In this document: piece by piece, positions 26,424 through 34,740 of the stretch
Numbering within the stretch: the stretch's first letter is position 1
Layout: each line of letters begins with the position of its first letter
From: Basidiobolus meristosporus CBS 931.73
Taxonomy: Eukaryota > Fungi > Basidiobolomycota
Length of the DNA: 61,729 nt
NCBI GenBank assembly: GCA_002104905.1
Contig: MCFE01000528.1
Location: 1 to 61,729, forward strand
Direction: 5' to 3'
Notes under the pieces: model-generated
Database searches by the model: none
What the model was told of the DNA's origin: nothing
Seen by the model: only the letters and a program-made list of their open reading frames with translations
Translations under genes and position numbers: made by a program

Positions 26424-27954
26424 TCAGGATTCCATGGGAGTGGAGGGCGCAGTGGTGATGCTGGGAGTCGGGCTGGGTGTGATGTTTGGGGTGTTCTCGC
26501 TTGTTCCGTTAGTTCCTAATGCTCTATAATGTTCCAGACGCTCTTGGATTTTCGCAGTGTTCTCATCTATTTCTAGTAGTCGGGTTTGAGATTGCTGCAA
26601 ATCGTGGTCAATCTGTGCCAACTCCTTGCTGTGTGTTTCTTGGGTTTCTTGTAGCATCGATAAGCTGTTTTCAAACATCTTCTGTACATCGCCGATAGTA
26701 GGTATGGGGGTTGCATTGGGAACTAGGTGGGGATTAGGCGTAAGAGTATGAATCATTCAATATCGCGTGGATGGCGACTTACTTTTGGTTTCTTTACGTG
26801 GGCGCGCAGTGCTTTTTTAACATGGAGATCAGCCTCGATGCGGCAGTGGTGATGGCATGATCGTGAGTACTTACCTCGGTTCAGAAAACTTGGCTCCAGC
26901 CACTTTACGGATCTGTAATGCTTCCCATCGTCGCAATTCCTCGTCGTTCTCGTCCAGTTCACTACAGTTCAATTAGCCATTTGGGTGCTCTACAATGATA
27001 TGTGATATGAGGCTCACTTACGCTTCTTCGATCATTTCCTCAAGGTCGTGGCGATGACGGCTTTGCGCCCTTTTGGCTGCGTTTTTGCCAAGGACCAATT
27101 TATCACCCATAGCAGACTCGAATTCTACAAGGATGCCATGTTATCGCTACAATCCATCCCCATATGCCATCGCTTGAGATTACCTTCGTCGCCCTCTCCA
27201 ACCTCATCTTCCTCTCTGACTAGTCTGGAATCCCCGTGGGTGTCCTGGATTCCAAGGGAAATTAAAACATGCATTGCTGGTGTACTTCATTCAAAGCCTT
27301 ACCGCCCCATCGTCTAATGGAATAAAGTCACCAGAGACTCGACCAGACCGTAATTCTTCGCGCTTCTTCTTAGCGAGAAGCACCATATGTTCGTCTGGTA
27401 TTCCCTCTGGTCGATCGAATTTGTCATAAATTCGTTGCTGGTTGAATGACTCTTTCTTAAGTGCCTCTAGATGGTCCTTCGAATAATTAACCCGTTCCTC
27501 AAGCACGGGCTCCGGCGTATCACGTAATACATCTTCTCTATTTGAGCCATTAGTCTCTCAATATTGATATCTAACACCTTGCAAGAAAGAGTACCTCAAT
27601 TTAAATTTCCTTTCCTTTGATTTCTTTAGTTCTATACTGGCTGCGCTTTTCTTCAGGTTAAAAGATTCTTCTGCCTCTTCCTGACACGAGCAACATTGAG
27701 CATTCGGGACCGGGAAGTGGTCTATGACAGTAAACACTTACATCGTCGTTAAAACTTAACACCGGAGTAGCTTTTTTGGCCTTGTTAGTTTTGGGCTTCG
27801 AGCGTTGGATGATCACTGAAAAAAATTAGCCATCGGGTTGGGATGAATAGGTTAAGTTGCAGTTACCCGGTGCTGGTTCTGGTTCTTCATCCGCTTCAAC
27901 CTTCTTTCTAATTTGGCGCTTTGTGCTCTTCTTGGTAAAGGTGATGTCTGCCAT
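26424..27954 (-). CDS. NTR2: NTR2/GCFC2-like spliceosome disassembly factor, multi-exon
   Basis: ATG 27954 (MADITFTKKSTKRQIRKK). Motifs YSKDHLEALKK, IPDEHMVLLAKKKR, DFIPLDD, ESRLVREED, WEALQIRK and a C-terminal coiled coil resemble the fungal NTR2 domain. Confidence 0.7.
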
Positions 27955-28306
27955 CAAGACTGATTTTCACTAAGCTGAGGGAAAAGCGACAGCTCAAGGC
28001 GATAGATATGAATAGTATCCGCAAACGTACTTTAGCAATCGCGCAGTTTATTATCGGAGCCAATTCTAGAATACTCGAAATATATGGGAATCATCCATGA
28101 CAAAATCAGATTGTATTCAGGAATAAACAGGGAGGTCACTAAGAACAGATCAGAAGCATGTAAATTCACCCTCCATTTGCACATCGAGTACTAATAGATC
28201 TCGGTTACGATTGCCATCGACTAGATATCCAAACTCCTGGACCCTGAATAGTTTCCACAGCTCTGAACGAAGAGTATTCCACGAAAAACGATAACTGGAA
28301 TCTAGC

Positions 28307-31086
28307 ATGTCTTCTCGCGCCTATAAAAAACTATTAAGAGAAAAAGAATTGAATTCTTTGGAGGTTGCGGAGGTGTCCAGCGAAGAGGAAGAAGTAAAAA
28401 CCGTTAAACCAGCAATGAATGCTTTTGCCATGGTGGGATTTCAGTGTATTGTCTTGGCAATCTTGATGCGGGGCTTTTCTAAACTCGGAACCCTCCACAT
28501 TTGTTTGTATATTAGCTGGGCGGCGATGATATAGCTGAGAGCGAAGAAGACGAAGTCGAAGAGCCTGAAGAGAATGTCCAAGCTGTAGCGGAAAAGGAAC
28601 ATGTGGTATTTCGCTTGTCAAGAGTATTTTGAATTATTGTTGACATGGTAGTAAAAATTGAATATCGCCTTGCAAGGCTCCTTCCCCAAATCCGTCTGGC
28701 CCCAAGAAGAAGAACAAGAAAAAGAACAAATCTAAAGAGGTGGTCCTACCTGTCGTAGAGTCCAAAAAATCCAAGAAGAAGAAGAAGAAAGGAAAATTGG
28801 AGCCCTCAGAGTTGAGCTTAGAAGAGTTTGAGCAAGCTCTAACTGAGATCAGTAACCAGTGAGACGACCGTGGCTTTCATGAACGTAGAATCGAGCAGTT
28901 GATCTAATTCCTGGGTATTTTAGACTAAACGAAACCGCACCTATACAAGTTGATGCCAGCGCCAACACGCGCGTCCAGAAAATCCAAAGCAAGGCTCAAA
29001 AATCACTACTTACCGTGGATCCACGAGCCTTAGATGCGGATGCAGAGATGAAGCGCATATTTGGCTCCAAAATTGTATGCAACCTTTCCGGTCCCGGTAC
29101 ACTACGAAAAAACTTAGCATTTTTCCTTGATAGGTCAACGAGGAGCTTAAAAAGAGAAGACAAGCTCGGTAAGTATCGGTAGCTCAAACTCGATCCTTAA
29201 ACTCCACTAACCCCTTACGCTTCTAGCAACTTCAAAAAAACCATCTTAGCCGTACCTACGGATTCGTGGCCTCGCCTAGACAAACTCGGCCTCTCAATGG
29301 AGCTCTTAGAAAACAACCAAAGTAACCGCTGAGTAGTCTTCATAGATTGGCGCAACTTCTGACCGCTTTCCTAGATACCCTTCATTTCAAGTTCGTCCAC
29401 AATCTTCTCTACCAAACAATTCAGTTCAAGTTTTTGGATTGTGTCATTAGCCATGACCCAAACAACATTGCTCGCCTGAGCCACATGTATCCATACCATG
29501 CGGATACACTTCTCCAGCTTTCGGAGATCGCTAAACACAGTGGTGACATCGCAATGGCCGCAGAGCTTATTGGTTGGTACTTGGTCGTCGGTAACAGCTT
29601 TCCGCCTGCTGACCTTTCTGTTCTTACTTCTCATAGAGCGTGCATTGTACGGGTTTGAAAGAAGTTTCCACAGCCAATTTAACCTGACCACCGGTGCATG
29701 CCGATTAGACTACAGAATTGGCGAAAACAGATCATTCTTCCTGGCGATATGCCGCCATTTACAATTCCTAGCCAGAAGAGGCTGCTGGAGGACAGCATTT
29801 GAATTCAACAAACTCCTTTTGAGCCTGAGCCCGGATGAGGATCCTTTGGGCGCTCTGCTCTCGCTTGATTTCTACGCATTGAAGAGCCAGGATTACGAAT
29901 ACCTTCTCAAATTCTACTCCGAATGGGATTCTGATCTTTCTAGATATCCCAGCTTCTTGTACTCCTGCGCGTTAGCCCAATTCAAGCTTGAATCGAAATC
30001 TAACATGAAGGGGCACCAAGAGAGCTTGGCCATGCTTTCCAAGGCGATTCTCCGCTTCCCTGCCGTCCTGATAATTCTCTTTGAGAAATGCGGAACTCAT
30101 CTTGAAACCGATATCACCAATAATCCATTTTTCAAAGAGGACTGCAAGTTTGTCAAGTAAGAGATGGTGGTTTTCTTCTGCTCTGGCGATCTTTATTGAC
30201 TTGGGTTTCTGCTCATATAGCCAGTCCTCTGGAAGCCCCCTCAAAATCTTGATTGACCTGTTCGTGGAGCGCAACTATTCTCTTTGGAAGGAGCCCGAGG
30301 TAATGGACAAATGGTTCCTGCTATTCCCGCCAACATCATCTCAACTCTACCTTGATTCCAGGTCATCTCGTGGGTGAAAGAAGCCATCCCCTTAGCTCTC
30401 TCTCAGTCCAACAGCACCTCTAGCCACGATTTATTAGAGGGAAGCCAAATCCGGGTGGAGTTAGCTGATAGCAGGAGTATGGAAAACCTCTCAAGACATG
30501 TGATCATTTCAGGTAATGTTCCATTGTGGTTTCTCGTCACACACATCGGAGACATTTCACAAACACAACACCCCATAGATTTCCAGAACTTAATGGCGGA
30601 CCTACCGAAGGAGGTCAAATCAGCCGTGATGTATGCGCACGACCCTTTGCCACCCCGAGATGGAGAGAATATATACCATGAGCACCCCAGCTATCGCGGC
30701 CTATCAACAGATTACGAAGGCAATTGGGAATCCAACGGTGGAATTCTGGAGAACCTTTTAGGTAGGTTTGGCTGGACTCGTGGTGGGGAGGACCGGGCTG
30801 AAGAAGTCCATACTACGGACGACGAAGAGTTTGAGGAGGAATTGAATCAACTACGCTCCCAGGACGGTAACAGGTAACCTAAGAGCATTCCGATACAACC
30901 CAACGAAGACGCACTCACACTTTCATCAGCGACTTGATCGGCTCCTTGTGGAGTGTGATTGACCGGCTATTGCACCAGCAACGTAGCCAGGAAAATGGCG
31001 AGCAGTCCCGAGCAGAAGGCGATGAATCGGAGCCCGAGCAGCAGGAGAACGAGCCCGATAACACACAAAACGAGCATCAGGAGTGA
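28307..31086 (+). CDS. RQC1: RQC1/TCF25 ribosome quality control protein, multi-exon, with a terminal exon (30930-31086) not visible in the ORF track
   Basis: MSSRAYKKL; LTVDPRALDADAEMKRIFGSK; YPYHADTLLQ; RLDYRIGENRSFFLA; RRGCWRTAFEFNKLLLSL. The ORF-track stop at 30877 lies within a GTAACC donor; intron 30874-30929 (CTCAC branch, CAG) leads to SDLIGSLWSVIDRLL...HQE*. Confidence 0.88.
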
Positions 31087-31428
31087 TGCGTGACCACCCT
31101 CCATATGAACCCTGTGGCTTGTTGCGCTCTTCGTGTATGCGTTTACCTAGAAAATGCAAGCAGCCCATGCATACACGCTGACCTAATCAAGCACAATAAA
31201 CTGATTGAATAGATATTGGTTGGGAAATCTTTTTGTAATTGTATCTGAAAACGATCACTACTCGGGGTCACGAAGCACCCAATTTTTTGCTTGGGCGATC
31301 GGGGGTGTATAAGACTTTTTTCAATTGCAGCCAGGAATTCTTTCTCTTTTAACTTCCTGTTGGAAACGCGGCTTAGATCCTTCTCACCCCATTTGGATTC
31401 CTAGAGGAAGAGAATTTCTTGTATCATA

Positions 31429-32106
31429 ATGAGCACTTTCGAAAAGGTAGATATTTCCCGGATGGATGGAACGTTTTGCTGTGCCCGATAGAATAACCAT
31501 TCTCCTTCATCTCAGGTTGTTGTCATCGATGGCAGAGGTCATCTCCTCGGTCGCCTTGCTTCTATCATCTCCAAGCAAATCCTCACCGGTCAAAAGGTTG
31601 TTGTTGTCCGTTGCGAAGAATTGAACGTCACCGGTTCTTTCTTCAGAAACAAGATCAAGTACCACGCTTTCCTCCGTAAGCGTTGTGTTGTCAACCCTTC
31701 CAAGGGACCTTATCACTTCCGTGCTCCTTCCCGTATCCTCTGGCGCACCATCCGTGGTATGATCCCCCACAAGACTGCCCGCGGTACCGCCGCCATGGAG
31801 CGTCTTAAGCTCTTCGAGGGTGTCCCTCCTCCTTATGATACCATGAAGCGTATGGTTGTCCCCGCCGCTCTTCGTGTTCTCCGTCTTAAGCCCGGTCGCA
31901 AGTACACCACCATCAGCCGTTTGAGCAGAGAGGTCGGCTGGAAGTACGAGGACGTTGTCAAGAAGCTCGAGGAGAAGCGCAAGGTCAAGTCCAAGGCTTA
32001 CTACGAGCGCAAGAAGGCCATTCTCAACTTGAAGAACAAGGCTGCTGCCGCCAAGGCCGAGGAATTGAAGAACATCAACGAGTCTTTGGCTGCTTACGGT
32101 TATTAA
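31429..32106 (+). CDS. RPL16: 60S ribosomal protein uL13 (L16/L13A), 2 exons (31429-31446, 31516-32106)
   Basis: MSTFEK|[16 protein letters not shown]...[28 protein letters not shown]; strong codon bias. Confidence 0.97.
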
Positions 32107-32514
32107 GTTATCCAAACTTGTCTTCAATAATAAATAATAAATCAAATCCTTTTCACAACAAACATCCCATGTGTCCTACTCGCTAATATCCATTGCCGCT
32201 AGCAACCATCCATTCGATTTGGTTGCCTGCTCTGTCACCTTTCTGCTCCTACGCTGTTGGTTAAGGCAGCCAAATCCCTCTGGGCTCCTAGCTACCTGGC
32301 TCTGCTGACCATTAATCGCTTTAGGTGGGATATTCTACTGTTGCACTTGTGGAAGGCTACCATGTGGGCATTGCAGCTCCGACTCCCAGGTGTTCTGGTT
32401 TGTCTGGAATCGACGTAAAGATTGCCATTCATTTAAACGGACGTGAGGTTTTTTACTGAACTTTTTTAATTGATGTCAAAATTTAGGCAAAATATTTAAT
32501 CTCCTAATCGGTGG

Positions 32515-33007
32515 TTATTCAAAATTGGCCATGAGTTCGATGACCATGTCCACCTCAGCCTGATCGTGGTTACTCCAGCTTGGATTCACAATGCTCGATA
32601 TGGATTCAGTCGCACCAACCATCTCCTGGAAGAGGGCCCTCTCTTCACACATCTCCCACAAGAGATCGTCCCCTTCACAGTCCAGCACCTCCCACTCGGA
32701 GATGAGTGTGTTCAGCGAGTCAAAGAGCGCATCCTGTGCTACACTGAGTTCTGTAATGGTGAGCATTAGCAAGTGTTCACACAAATCCAGGGGAAAGAGC
32801 AGGCCAACACTTACCATCAATCATATGGAGAAGATCCTCCGCCTTCCTACTGGTTGCCAAAATCAAGATACTCTGGTAGTCAGCCCCACGAATAGCCCCG
32901 TAGAAGCTAGGATCGATCACTGAAGCAGAGCTGATCAGGTTGGATACTGCTCTGATCAAGCGCAGACTAACAGTGGAGCGACGCTTGGTAGTACGAGTGA
33001 AGTGCAT
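32515..33007 (-). CDS. Orphan 142-aa protein, left copy of the palindromic pair (exons 33007-32815, 32750-32515)
   Basis: ATG..GATG|GTAAGT, 64-nt intron with CTAA branch and TACAG acceptor, frame joined to ...DLLWEM...VDMVIELMANFE-TAA. Confidence 0.72.
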
Positions 33008-33598
33008 GGTTGTTGTGGATGCTGCTTCAACAACCGAGTGGAAGGTATTTATGGTACCTCGACTTGCTTGGGTGTCGAAGACAGGTTTGTGATAACATCC
33101 TACATTGGCATTGTTGCTCCTTCGAGACGAGAACGCGACCAAGTCGGTGTGAAATCAGGAGATGAGAAGTCAGCTGGCCAAGCGAGAGGCGGATTCCAGA
33201 TACAATAGTCCGATCCTATTATTCATTGTGGGGTTAGGGTTCATCAAACAAGTGTGTAAGATCTTAAACTTGAATGATCGTCATCAAGCATACACGTTTG
33301 AATATCCAGGGTGGCATGGCAGTAGTGAAGGCAAAAGCTGCCATGGATTTTTCTAGTTCGATATGACTGAAGTACAATTGTCAAGGTATATTACGTAACT
33401 CTGGATCGAACAACTGTACCTGGAATGGCCAGCTGACTTTTCATCTCCTGATTTCACACAGACTTGGTCACGTTCTCGTCTCGAAGTAGCAACAATGCCA
33501 ATGTAGGATGTTATCACAAACCTGTCTTCGACACCCAAGCAAGTCGAGGTACCATAAATACCTTCCACTCGGTTGTTGAAGCAGCATCCACAACAACC

Positions 33599-34091
33599 AT
33601 GCACTTCACTCGTACTACCAAGCGTCGCTCCACTGTTAGTCTGCGCTTGATCAGAGCAGTATCCAACCTGATCAGCTCTGCTTCAGTGATCGATCCTAGC
33701 TTCTACGGGGCTATTCGTGGGGCTGACTACCAGAGTATCTTGATTTTGGCAACCAGTAGGAAGGCGGAGGATCTTCTCCATATGATTGATGGTAAGTGTT
33801 GGCCTGCTCTTTCCCCTGGATTTGTGTGAACACTTGCTAATGCCCACCATTACAGAACTCAGTGTAGCACAGGATGCGCTCTTTGACTCGCTGAACACAC
33901 TCATCTCCGAGTGGGAGGTGCTGGACTGTGAAGGGGACGATCTCTTGAGGGAGATGTGTGAAGAGAGGGCCCTCTTCCAGGAGATGGTTGGTGCGACTGA
34001 ATCCATATCGAGCATTGTGAATCCAAGCTGGAGTAACCACGATCAGGCTGAGGTGGATATGGCCATCGAGCTTATGGCCAATTTTGACTGA
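33599..34091 (+). CDS. Orphan 142-aa protein, right copy of the palindromic pair (exons 33599-33791, 33856-34091)
   Basis: MHFTRTTKRRSTVSLRLIRAVSNLISSASVIDPSFYGAIRGADYQSILILATSRKAEDLLHMID|ELSVAQDALFDSLNTLISEWEVLDCEGDDLLREMCEERALFQEMVGATESISSIVNPSWSNHDQAEVDMAIELMANFD-TGA; canonical 64-nt intron. Confidence 0.72.
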
Positions 34092-34278
34092 AAATTTTGA
34101 GTCCTGTAAGCAGGTCATTGATTGACCCGACTTCAAAAATAAACCAACCATTACTGCTAGATTTGCAGCACAATAGAAATACGTTTACAAGCTGATGCAT
34201 ACTGATGCAAGATTTCTTATTCAATATTATTATCTTGTTGGAATGGGGCTTGGTATAGACCAATCACTGATTTCAATT

Positions 34279-34686
34279 AATTCCAGTAATAGCAATAGTA
34301 GACATTGCAGAGAGTGACAGCTTGGGGCTCATAACATGTTGTAAGAGTCTTGGAGATATTGGAAGTGATTTGGAGAACAAGTAGATTATGTGGTTTGCAC
34401 TTGATGATTTATTGAATGTAAAAGTAGTATTTATACTTTTACCTGGTCTTTGCATTACAAACCTGTAGAATAGGTAAGGGAAGGTCCCAAGAGCATGTGT
34501 GCAAAGTTTGGGGCTGTTTGGACAACTTTGAGAATTTTCATGTTCTGGGTACCTGGTATTTTTGGTGAAAATATTCTAAGTAAATCCCAACAAGGAATTT
34601 GGTCAGTATTCTCTAGGATTTGAGGGTAATGATCTAAGTGACTAAGTTAGGTGAATATTTAGGTGGAATTACAAATTTTTACAACA
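34279..34686 (-). mobile_element. Copia 5' fragment in reverse orientation: complete ~350-nt LTR (34337-34686), PBS and first ~18 gag codons
   Basis: Reverse complement is TGTTGTAA...TTACAACA, ~90% similar by eye to the LTR at 38307-38653, followed by a PBS-like (T)GTTATGAGCCC and MSPKLSLSAMST. Confidence 0.88.
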
Positions 34687-34728
34687 GTTCTCCTAATCAC
34701 TTCCAATATCTCCAAGACTCTTACAACA

Positions 34729-34740
34729 GGTTATGAGCCC
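34729..34740 (+). other. Primer-binding site GGTTATGAGCCC, complementary to the anticodon arm of initiator tRNA-Met
   Basis: Immediately follows the LTR end TTACAACA; reverse complement of GGGCTCATAACC; contains the gag ATG (34733). Confidence 0.85.

Larger units (their letters stand above)
32515..34091. repeat. Large inverted repeat: arms ~32519-33217 and ~33402-34087, spacer ~185 nt
   Basis: Base-by-base comparison gives ~10 mismatches over ~660 nt, a perfect 356-nt core (32763-33118) and one 13-nt indel near the spacer. Confidence 0.97.

Noticed and set aside
27961-28260. ApT-rich bidirectional promoter as a possible 6mA cluster
   Set aside because: About 33 ApT in 300 nt by hand count, only marginally above expectation for this base composition; modification data are needed.
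30948-31110. Very hydrophobic ~45-aa minus-strand ORF (MEGGHASLLMLVLCVIGLVLLLLG...) and ORF 30926..31168
   Set aside because: Mirror image of the E/Q/N-rich terminal exon of RQC1 on the plus strand, which has good splice signals.
32217-32276. 12-bp stem GATTTGGTTGCC / GGCAGCCAAATC downstream of RPL16
   Set aside because: No snoRNA, snRNA or tRNA motifs recognised; a single hairpin is not enough to call an ncRNA.
33229-33241. GGGGTTAGGGTT telomere-like motif in the palindrome spacer
   Set aside because: Fewer than two full repeats; compatible with chance.
32566-33604. ORFs on the opposite strands of the palindrome arms (MLDMDSVAPT..., MHGCCGCC...)
   Set aside because: Antisense to the spliced twin genes; their ends do not match the repeat boundaries and they have no splice support.
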